Source: a bacterium (GTDB lineage: Bacteria; Cyanobacteriota; Vampirovibrionia; LMEP-6097). From it: a stretch of 54,489 nucleotides of DNA. Shown piece after piece: positions 46,593-54,361 of this stretch (position 1 is its first letter; each line of letters begins with the position of its first letter). The notes under the pieces are model-generated. The model had not been told where the DNA came from. It saw nothing but the letters and a program-made list of their open reading frames with translations, and did no database searches. A program made the position numbers and the translations under genes. The stretch spans positions 1-54,489 of the forward strand of contig JBJTTW010000267.1 of assembly GCA_046080385.1 (NCBI GenBank), given 5' to 3'.

Positions 46593-47344
46593 CAGCTGTG
46601 CTGTACCTGACTAATCGCTGTAATCTATTCTGTGATCACTGTGATCAAAGCTCAGGTAATGCACGTGAAAATGAATTGACTACTAGTGAAATTCTTCAAG
46701 GAGTAGAGAAACTCTTAAAGGGAGAGCCTTTTGAGCATTTGCAGTTCGAGATCTCAGAAAGTAGAGTGCCACACAATTCTACTCCTGTAGCAGGGCAAGA
46801 GATCAGGCACGTCTGCCTATCTGGAGGAGAGCCTGTATTACATAAAGATTTTTTCTATATAGCTCGCACTTTGATGGATTGGGGATTAGAAGTGAGTTTC
46901 ATTACTAACGCGACTTTTAGTCCAGTCTATTATTCACGAATATTAGAATTGGACTTTAATGCAATTTACGTAAGCTTAGATGGTCTAGAAAATACACATA
47001 ATTTACTAAGGCGTTCTGGATTGAGTTTTAAGAGGGTAATTCAGTTCTTGGAGTTTGTAAATGACTGTTTGGCTAAGCCAGTAGCTGAAATAGGCTTAAA
47101 TGCGACTGTTGCTGAGCCTCTAAACTCAATACAGAAAGTTTTTTCAGGGGATCTTTATGTTGTGACTTGCGTTACATCTAAGTCTGTTAATGATTTAGAG
47201 GCTTTATCTGAATTGCTTTCTAAGTACAAAATTACTAAATGGTTTTTAAAGCCTCTTGAAATGAAGGGAAGGGCTTTAGAGCATCCAGAGTTGTGGGTGG
47301 ATGCTTCTACAGAAGAACAATTTCTGCGTTATAGCAAAAGATAA
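46583..47344 (+). CDS. Radical SAM protein, no SPASM/twitch C-terminal domain
   Basis: CNLFCDHC (CxxxCxxC), GGEP, and SLDG..H...R motifs. GTG start. Confidence 0.7.
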   Translation: MELTAVLYLTNRCNLFCDHCDQSSGNARENELTTSEILQGVEKLLKGEPFEHLQFEISESRVPHNSTPVAGQEIRHVCLSGGEPVLHKDFFYIARTLMDWGLEVSFITNATFSPVYYSRILELDFNAIYVSLDGLENTHNLLRRSGLSFKRVIQFLEFVNDCLAKPVAEIGLNATVAEPLNSIQKVFSGDLYVVTCVTSKSVNDLEALSELLSKYKITKWFLKPLEMKGRALEHPELWVDASTEEQFLRYSKR

Positions 47345-47405
47345 GAAAATGTTTAAGATTGTTTTGAATTTCACTTGTTGTTTCAATTTAAGAATGTTAT
47401 CATCT

Positions 47406-47511
47406 CTAATACCAAAATACCATTTTAATCTGAAAAAGACTTTTATATGTCCCTTGCGCAATCCTAGTTTCGGACTGCTTGGACTCAAAAGAATTTTCCA
47501 GAATGGTATAA
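47406..47511 (-). mobile_element. R2 repeat copy c (inverted relative to copy a)
   Basis: Reverse complement of 45001..45106 with 2 mismatches. Confidence 0.8.
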
Positions 47512-47527
47512 GGATAACAAGTATTAC

Positions 47528-47860
47528 ATGACCAGTTCTAGTATCATTAATTTGCCTGTATCACCTGTATCACCTGTATCACAAGAGTTTGTGAATCCCA
47601 ATCTTGGACAACCATCTCAAGTCGTAGAATTATCACCTACTGTATCTGACTCTTCATCACGAGATACTGCAGTAACATTATCTGGCAAATCTCCAACAGA
47701 AGTAGAGAAGATAAAAGAAAAAAATACAAATACACCTCAAAACGCAAAACCTAGCATGATATCCATCCTATTTATGATTATTTTTGGTGGGTGTTTGGGG
47801 TGGATCTCTGGGAAGCAAGGTATTAATCCTGCTTGTATGTATATTTCAACGAGGTCTTAA
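47528..47860 (+). CDS. Hypothetical protein: S/P/T-rich N-terminus with a C-terminal TM helix
   Basis: 110 aa. Contains a 9-bp in-frame tandem repeat. Confidence 0.45.
   Translation: MTSSSIINLPVSPVSPVSQEFVNPNLGQPSQVVELSPTVSDSSSRDTAVTLSGKSPTEVEKIKEKNTNTPQNAKPSMISILFMIIFGGCLGWISGKQGINPACMYISTRS
47555..47581 (+). repeat. 3 x 9-bp perfect tandem repeat (cctgtatca) encoding PVSPVSPVS
   Basis: Read directly from the sequence. Confidence 0.9.
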
Positions 47861-47862
47861 TT

Positions 47863-48822
47863 TCAAACTCTAACACTCATGCCGAGCTTATTAATTAAAT
47901 CATGATCTGCCACTGCACGAGGATTATCAGTAGTAAGCAGTTTATCACCAGTAAAGATACTGTTAGCCCCAGCAATAAAGCACATCGCTTGCAGCTCTTC
48001 TGACATATCTAACCTACCAGCAGAAAGCCTTACTTGAGCTTTAGGAATCATAATTCTAGTCGTAGCGATGGTTCTAATTAACTCAAATTTATCAATAGGA
48101 TTATCCTTCATAGTTTCATACATTGGCGTACCTTCTATAGGAGCTAAAAGGTTTATCGGTACTGAAGCTGGCTGAGGATCTAGTTCTGCTAAAGTTTCTA
48201 TAAAACTAAATCTATCTTCTCTAGTTTCTCCAAGACCGAGAATCCCGCCACAGCAGACGTTAATTCCAGCTTCTTGAACTAACTTTATAGTATTTAGCCT
48301 ATCGTCAAAGGTTCTAGTTGTGATGACATTAGCATAATGCTCTCTAGATGTATCTATATTATGGTTATAACTGTGAAGACCAGCCTCCTTAAGTCTTTGA
48401 GCTTGGTCATCTTTTAGCATACCTAGTGTTACACAGGGTTCCATGTTCATTTCTTTAACGGCTCTTACCATTTCTAATACATTCTCGAATTGATAATTAT
48501 CAGGTGCAGAACGCCAAGCGGCTCCCATGCAGAATCTCGTCGCACCATTAGCTTTAGCTTCTTTAGCTTCAGCTAAAACTTTTTCTAGATCCATTAATGA
48601 ATAGACTTCTGATTCAGTGTCATAACGAGCTGACTGTGAGCAATATGAGCAATCTTCAGGGCAGGCCCCAGATTTAATGTTACTTAAGGTACAGAACTGA
48701 ACTTCATTTGGATTATGAAATTCTCTGTGTATGCTCTGTGCTTTAAAGATAAGTTCAGGAAGCGGTAGTAGATAATTTGTTCTTATCTCTTGCTTTAGGT
48801 TCCTTTGAATTGTTTGAGTCAT
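47863..48822 (-). CDS. bioB: Biotin synthase
   Basis: ..GACPEDCSYCSQS.. radical SAM motif. The N-terminus aligns with E. coli BioB from memory. Confidence 0.92.
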   Translation of the reverse strand: MTQTIQRNLKQEIRTNYLLPLPELIFKAQSIHREFHNPNEVQFCTLSNIKSGACPEDCSYCSQSARYDTESEVYSLMDLEKVLAEAKEAKANGATRFCMGAAWRSAPDNYQFENVLEMVRAVKEMNMEPCVTLGMLKDDQAQRLKEAGLHSYNHNIDTSREHYANVITTRTFDDRLNTIKLVQEAGINVCCGGILGLGETREDRFSFIETLAELDPQPASVPINLLAPIEGTPMYETMKDNPIDKFELIRTIATTRIMIPKAQVRLSAGRLDMSEELQAMCFIAGANSIFTGDKLLTTDNPRAVADHDLINKLGMSVRV

Positions 48823-49114
48823 GGTTATTTAATTTAGCATTTTTAAACTTAACACCTTTAATTAAAGGTACTTTAGACGAAAAAATCGACTCAGCATCTT
48901 GATGACTAGCTTGGATAATAAACTCAGCTTCTTGAGGATCTATGTCGAAATACTTAGAAATAACTTCTAATATTTCAGCTTTCATCTGTTCCATTACACC
49001 AGGATTTACCTGCTGTCTATCGTGAGTTAGCATTAACTTCATCCTGTGCGTAGCAGTAGCAGCACTGGAGTCTTGTTTGGAAAATAAGCTGCGGAAAAAT
49101 TTTTTAATAGCCAT
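48755..49114 (-). CDS. minE: Cell division topological specificity factor MinE (with a non-conserved C-terminal tail)
   Basis: ..RMKLMLTHDRQQVNPGVMEQMKAEILEVISKYF... Lies downstream of minD. Confidence 0.85.
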   Translation of the reverse strand: MAIKKFFRSLFSKQDSSAATATHRMKLMLTHDRQQVNPGVMEQMKAEILEVISKYFDIDPQEAEFIIQASHQDAESIFSSKVPLIKGVKFKNAKLNNHDSNNSKEPKARDKNKLSTTAS

Positions 49115-49118
49115 AAAA

Positions 49119-49916
49119 TTACCTAAATATTGCCTTTATTTTACCGAAAAGCCCCTTAGCTTTTAAGTCCATGAAAGGTACATCAGTACCTAAAATCCTC
49201 ATTGCTATATTTCTGTAAGCCTGTCCAGCAGATTTATTTGGAGTCAGAGAGAGTGGCTCACCTTTATTAGTCGAAATAACTATATCTTCATCATCTGGAA
49301 CTATTCCAAGAAGATCCACTGAAAGAATCTCGCAAATGTCATCTATGCTCATCATTTGATTCGCACTAACTAAGTCTGGTTTAATTCTGTTTACGATTAA
49401 TTTATAACTGTGTAATTCGCTTTTTCTCGCTTCTAGTAATCCGATGATCCTGTCAGCATCCCTTACAGAAGACATCTCTGGAGTTACTACGACGATAGCT
49501 TCATCAGCTCCAGCTATACTATTCTGAAAGCCAGACTCTATACCAGCCGGACAGTCCACTAAGACTATATCAAACATAAGTTTTAGTTCTGCAACTAATG
49601 CTTTAATCTGCTCCTCATTAACGGAGTTTTTATCTCTTGTCTGTGCTGAAGGAAGTAAAGATAGATTTTGGAGTTTTTTATCTTTAACTAAGGCTTGTTT
49701 TATTTTACAAGTACCTTCGATTACATCTACTAAGTTGTAGACCACACGGTTTTCAAGCCCCATAAGAATATCAAGATTTCTTAAGCCGATGTCCATGTCA
49801 ACTACGCAAACACTCTTACCTAAATTGGCTAAGGCCGCTCCAATATTAGCAGTGGTGGTAGTCTTACCTACTCCGCCTTTGCCTGATGTAATTACAATAA
49901 CTCTACCTTCTGCCAT
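49119..49916 (-). CDS. minD: Septum site-determining ATPase MinD
   Basis: Deviant Walker A SGKGGVGKTT. Confidence 0.95.
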   Translation of the reverse strand: MAEGRVIVITSGKGGVGKTTTTANIGAALANLGKSVCVVDMDIGLRNLDILMGLENRVVYNLVDVIEGTCKIKQALVKDKKLQNLSLLPSAQTRDKNSVNEEQIKALVAELKLMFDIVLVDCPAGIESGFQNSIAGADEAIVVVTPEMSSVRDADRIIGLLEARKSELHSYKLIVNRIKPDLVSANQMMSIDDICEILSVDLLGIVPDDEDIVISTNKGEPLSLTPNKSAGQAYRNIAMRILGTDVPFMDLKAKGLFGKIKAIFR

Positions 49917-49936
49917 TCATAAACCTAATAAATTAA

Positions 49937-50662
49937 TTAAGATATGTATATAATTATCTCATCATTTTCTAATTTTGCAAGCTCAGCACCGTGAAAAAAG
50001 TTATTTTTATAGCTTTTAGTCTTGATATTATTACGAGATAAATCTAGATTACTCTCAGAGATTCGCAATTGGCAATTATTAAATTTTAGAGCTGATATCG
50101 AAGCATTTTTATCTCTATTTGAACCAGCATGAACTATGCCACGGCAAGTTCCCCAGATTATAACGTCTCCTTCTGCAATTATTTCAGCAGATGGATTAAC
50201 ATCACCATAGATAATTACATTACCAGGATAACGAATTAGATGACCGGCCCTTAGACCAGATTTTACATAAAGTGTTTCAGGGATATTGTACTCTTGATCA
50301 TTATTTAGTTCTTCGTCTGTTATATTTTCGATCTTTTGATTTGTACTACTAGGCTCAGTTTCTGAATTGCTATGCAGTATATTCTCCATGTCTCCAGCTA
50401 GGTAAGATGCTTTTAGGGAGACATTATTCTTATTTAGTGAACTTTGTATCGCTTTGATTTGCTCACTTATTTCTAGGTCTGCTTCTGTGTTATCTAATTC
50501 TGGCAATATTATAGAGACAGCATTCCCTGAAAAGAAGCTTGCTGAGCGGTTTAGCTCTTCTTCGATTTTTTTGGTGAAGCCTTTATCTTTAATGTCAAAC
50601 CCACTTAAGTCTAAAAATATTTCTTTTTTGACTCTTTTTATTTTCAGTTCTTGCATGATCAC
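49937..50662 (-). CDS. minC: Septum site-determining protein MinC
   Basis: C-terminal beta-helix region ..GDVNPSAEIIAEGDVIIWG... Lies upstream of minD. Confidence 0.8.
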   Translation of the reverse strand: MIMQELKIKRVKKEIFLDLSGFDIKDKGFTKKIEEELNRSASFFSGNAVSIILPELDNTEADLEISEQIKAIQSSLNKNNVSLKASYLAGDMENILHSNSETEPSSTNQKIENITDEELNNDQEYNIPETLYVKSGLRAGHLIRYPGNVIIYGDVNPSAEIIAEGDVIIWGTCRGIVHAGSNRDKNASISALKFNNCQLRISESNLDLSRNNIKTKSYKNNFFHGAELAKLENDEIIIYIS

Positions 50663-50675
50663 ATTATAATTTAAA

Positions 50676-51779
50676 ATGACTGTGGCTAATGAATCAAGAA
50701 TTTTATCTGTTTGGAAATTAAGAACTTATCAACTTTTTGTTATTTCTTTATTTTTCTTTATCGTAAATAATGTACTTTCTGCTGTATCTCAAGTTTCAGA
50801 TATTAGTGCTAGTTTCTTTATTGGTGTTCTTATTAATTACTTATTATCTAAGCCTGTAGATTTTCTAACTCACTATATACGCTCTCGTGCTTTGTCTGTT
50901 GCCATAATTTATTTAACTTTTATTGGACTTTTGATCACTTTAATTATTAATGGTTTTCCAGTGATATTTGTTCAGGCACAAGCTTTGATAAACGTTTTTC
51001 CGCAGCTTCTACCTAAGATTAATTCGGTAATTGAGTTTGTTTTATTATATTTAGCTCAACATCAAATTAATATTAGTTTTGTGAGCCTTGATTTAAGCAG
51101 CTTTGCAAATAACTTACTTCAGCTCAAACAGAATATGACGGTCGCTGATTTTGGTTCAGTGTTCACTTCTTTTATTACTAATTCTTTTTCTTTAATTCTT
51201 TATTCTTTGCTTTCGATTTTAATTAGTATTTATTTACTGGTAGACGGAAAAAGAGTCTGGGACCTGTTTCTAGAGCCTTTTACGGGTAAACTTAAAGATC
51301 ATTTATTTTATTTAAAACAAAGAATTGATAAAAGCCTTTATGCATTTATTGTTGGACAGTTTCAAATAGCTTCTTTAACTACACTTGTTATGACTTGTAC
51401 TTATTTTGCTCTCAATATACCCTTTGCACTGGTTTTTGGCTTGTGTCAAATGTTGGAGGTTATACCAGTAATTGGAACTTGGGTAGCGATAATTCCATGT
51501 GTAGTCCTAATTGGTTTTGCTACTACGCCAACTAAAGCTTTAATAGCTTTTGGTGTTTATATTTTCTATACGCAGATTATTCGAGATAATTTCGTTACTC
51601 CGCGTATTATGGGAGATGCACTTGGCTTTCATCCTTTAGCGATTATTCTAGGATTGCTGGTTGCAGCTAAGCTGTATGGGGCGATTGGAATAGTTTTTGC
51701 TCTGCCTTTAATGGCTGTAATCGGTGCTGCGATTCAATATTTTCTTGAGGTTAATCATCTTAAGGTTAAGAAAATTTAG
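50676..51779 (+). CDS. AI-2E family transporter (PerM-like)
   Basis: Eight hydrophobic segments in a PF01594-like layout. Confidence 0.75.
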   Translation: MTVANESRILSVWKLRTYQLFVISLFFFIVNNVLSAVSQVSDISASFFIGVLINYLLSKPVDFLTHYIRSRALSVAIIYLTFIGLLITLIINGFPVIFVQAQALINVFPQLLPKINSVIEFVLLYLAQHQINISFVSLDLSSFANNLLQLKQNMTVADFGSVFTSFITNSFSLILYSLLSILISIYLLVDGKRVWDLFLEPFTGKLKDHLFYLKQRIDKSLYAFIVGQFQIASLTTLVMTCTYFALNIPFALVFGLCQMLEVIPVIGTWVAIIPCVVLIGFATTPTKALIAFGVYIFYTQIIRDNFVTPRIMGDALGFHPLAIILGLLVAAKLYGAIGIVFALPLMAVIGAAIQYFLEVNHLKVKKI

Positions 51780-51780
51780 A

Positions 51781-51869
51781 GGCGGGCGAAAACGCAGAAA
51801 ATGGAGTTCCGCAGTGGTGGGCGTGTAGCCGAACGAACAAGTTCAAGGCTGAGGAGGACGAATGACTGC
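51781..51869 (+). repeat. R1 composite: a right-half unit followed by a left-half unit (tandem-junction arrangement)
   Basis: ggcgggcgaaaacgcagaaaatggagttccgcagtggt + gggcgtgtagccgaacgaacaagttcaaggctgaggaggacgaatgactgc. It fills the whole gap between two convergent stop codons. Confidence 0.75.
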
Positions 51870-51871
51870 TA

Positions 51872-52204
51872 TTAGTACATAGGTACGTTAGTGTCGATCT
51901 CCTCAGACCAAGCATGAATGCCGCCTTCAAGGTTATAGAGCTTGTCAAAATCATCAGCTTGCTCTTGCAGCCAAGATATAACTTTTTTACTTCTGCTGCC
52001 GTGGTGGCAGTGAAATACCACTGGTCTATCTTTAGGGATTTTAGACAGATTTTCTGGAATTTCTTGCATTGGGATTAGCTCACCCTTGAGATTCGCATAT
52101 TTATATTCGTCTGGGTTTCTAACATCAATGAGTAGAAAATCTTTTGATTCATCGCGCCATAGTTTTAAATCAGAGACGGATATTTGTTTTATTTCTTTGA
52201 ACAT
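51872..52204 (-). CDS. Rhodanese-domain sulfurtransferase
   Basis: Active-site loop CHHGSRS. Confidence 0.8.
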   Translation of the reverse strand: MFKEIKQISVSDLKLWRDESKDFLLIDVRNPDEYKYANLKGELIPMQEIPENLSKIPKDRPVVFHCHHGSRSKKVISWLQEQADDFDKLYNLEGGIHAWSEEIDTNVPMY

Positions 52205-52236
52205 TAATTAAATTATATAGCGTAAAATTTTTAGTG

Positions 52237-52276
52237 GGGGAATATCAATGGAAGCTCAGAAATATTGATATTCCCC
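52237..52276. promoter_or_regulatory. Perfect 13-bp-stem palindrome in the divergent rhodanese/maf intergenic region
   Basis: ggggaatatcaat-N14-attgatattcccc. Confidence 0.5.
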
Positions 52277-52371
52277 GTAACTTATATATTACATTAATGG
52301 AGTCTTATATTGAATTAACTTTATTAAATATTTAAATTTTATGATATGTTAATTTTTGTAAAGTGTATTGA

Positions 52372-52974
52372 ATGATCAGCCTTTTATCTAATCTTTTTCT
52401 TGCAAGTGGTTCTTTGACTCGTAAAGAGCTTTTAAAGGCTCATGGTCTTGAAATGAAGACCTGTCTGCCAGAGGTAAATGAAGATGATTTGAAAAAGAAA
52501 TTCTGTATTAATTTCTCAGCTGCTGAAACAGCGATGTTTTTAGCTAAAGCAAAAGCTAGTTCAGTATCTCTTTTAGATAAACAGTCTTTCTTTATCGCGG
52601 CAGATCAGGTTTGTGAGCTTGATGGTAGAATTTTTGATAAACCTTTAACTGAAGCGACAGCGATTAAGCATTTAAAAGAACTTCGTTCTAAAACTCATAC
52701 TCAGAACTGTGCTACCGTAATTTATCATAATGCTGAGTGTATTTGGGAGTTTTCAGGTAAAGCTTTATTAACTATGAGAAATCTTAAGGATGAAGAAGTT
52801 GCATCTTATGTTGAACTGGAAAGGCCTTTAAATTCGGCTGGAAGTTATATGTTTGAAAAACACGGTAAGCATTTATTCTCTGATGTTCAGGGGGATCATG
52901 ATGTTATTTTAGGGCTTCCAATAGTAAAGCTTCTAGATAAACTTTATGAGCTTGGTTTAATAAGATTGAGCTAG
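52372..52974 (+). CDS. maf: Maf-like nucleoside triphosphate pyrophosphatase
   Basis: ..LASGSLTRKELL.. N-terminus and Maf-like length. Confidence 0.8.
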   Translation: MISLLSNLFLASGSLTRKELLKAHGLEMKTCLPEVNEDDLKKKFCINFSAAETAMFLAKAKASSVSLLDKQSFFIAADQVCELDGRIFDKPLTEATAIKHLKELRSKTHTQNCATVIYHNAECIWEFSGKALLTMRNLKDEEVASYVELERPLNSAGSYMFEKHGKHLFSDVQGDHDVILGLPIVKLLDKLYELGLIRLS

Positions 52975-53023
52975 GCAGTTTGTTCAGCTATATGCCTAAA
53001 TCAACCTAGATTTATATCAATAA

Positions 53024-53416
53024 ATGAATCGGATTAAATACATAAATATTTTAATTACCATTTCAACGTTGGCGACAATATTTCATTTATTGATTTTATT
53101 TAGAGTTATTCCATTTGAAATAACTTGGGGAGGACGATTAAAAACAGTTGAAGAAATGTATGTTTTTGAAACTATTTCCATCTTGATAAATTCATTTTTC
53201 ATTTTTATACTACTACAAAAGGGAGAATATATCCGTTATTTTTTGGGTAAGAAGACAGTAACTTTAATTTTGTGGGTTTTCTTTACAATTTTTGTTCTGA
53301 ACACTATTGGTAATGTTTTTGCCGAAACATATTTTGAAAAGTTTTTTACAATATTGACACTCTTAAACGCTATTCTTCTTTGGTTAATCAACAAATCAAC
53401 TAAACAAAACTTTTAA
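53024..53416 (+). CDS. Small 4-TM membrane protein, hypothetical
   Basis: 130-aa hydrophobic ORF. Confidence 0.5.
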   Translation: MNRIKYINILITISTLATIFHLLILFRVIPFEITWGGRLKTVEEMYVFETISILINSFFIFILLQKGEYIRYFLGKKTVTLILWVFFTIFVLNTIGNVFAETYFEKFFTILTLLNAILLWLINKSTKQNF

Positions 53417-53426
53417 TAATACAATT

Positions 53427-53825
53427 ATGAACATACCAATTTTAATAGCGAATATACTGACACTTTTAGCCTTCATTATTCACACTTTTGTGGGTGACAA
53501 AGAACTGAAAGTAAACGAACCAACAGAAGCGAATGACGAAAATTTCCAAAAAAGAGAAAAATGGACAATGGCAAGATGTGGTTGGCATTGGGTTTCGTTT
53601 GACTTACTTTTTGCTACAATCGGACTTGGACTGATTAACTTTACAGACTTCTTTAAGAACGAAAAAACGTTATTACAAATACTAACAATATACTTTTTCG
53701 GTTATGCTGTAGTTTGGGCTTTGACAATTGCAATTTCAAAACAGTTTCCGAAAAATTATTTGAAATTAGGACAATGGATTTTGCTTTTGCTTATAAGCGG
53801 ACTAATCTACTTTGGAACAAATTAA
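53427..53825 (+). CDS. Small 4-TM membrane protein, hypothetical
   Basis: 132-aa hydrophobic ORF. Confidence 0.5.
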   Translation: MNIPILIANILTLLAFIIHTFVGDKELKVNEPTEANDENFQKREKWTMARCGWHWVSFDLLFATIGLGLINFTDFFKNEKTLLQILTIYFFGYAVVWALTIAISKQFPKNYLKLGQWILLLLISGLIYFGTN

Positions 53826-53834
53826 TTTTGACTT

Positions 53835-54257
53835 ATGCTTAAACTTGGTGGATACATAAACATAGTATTTGCAATCGGACATATTGTTGGACTCTTTTGG
53901 GCAGACAAAATGTTTGAAGTTACAGGAATTGGAAAAGAAATGACCGAACTTGCCCAAACGCATTCATCATTGCCGTATTTACTGACAATTTTTGTAGCAA
54001 TCGTATTTTTCATTTTTGGTTTGTACGGACTTTCGGCTGACAATAAATTTAGACCACTTCCATTTTTGAAACCTTTGATTTTTACGATTGCAGGAATTTA
54101 TCTACTTCGTGGAATTGGAGAACTCATATTTGACTTGGAAAAACAACAAGCAAATCAATTCTTAGAAGTAACCTATTCGTTAATTGCTGTTTTTGTTGGA
54201 CTTTTATTTTTGATAGGTGGACTGAAAAAATGGAAATTAAAACAGACGAATGAATAA
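53835..54257 (+). CDS. Small 4-TM membrane protein, hypothetical
   Basis: 140-aa hydrophobic ORF, followed by the hairpin cccgct..agcggg. Confidence 0.5.
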   Translation: MLKLGGYINIVFAIGHIVGLFWADKMFEVTGIGKEMTELAQTHSSLPYLLTIFVAIVFFIFGLYGLSADNKFRPLPFLKPLIFTIAGIYLLRGIGELIFDLEKQQANQFLEVTYSLIAVFVGLLFLIGGLKKWKLKQTNE

Positions 54258-54361
54258 ACAACGACCCGCTAACAGCCGTTTTGCAAAAGCGGGGGTTTCG
54301 TGCTTCTATGAAAGTGAAGTGCTAAATTCAAGCTTTGTGCATCTAATGATCTGATTACCCA

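Noticed and set aside
1769-51869. R1 might be integron attC/VCR-like recombination sites, given the ~120 bp length, variable paired arms and ..gaac/gttc.. motifs.
   Set aside because: There is no intI and no cassette-by-cassette arrangement. Copies lie inside housekeeping CDSs and have 5-bp flanking duplications, which attC recombination does not create. The central core is conserved, whereas attC centres are variable.
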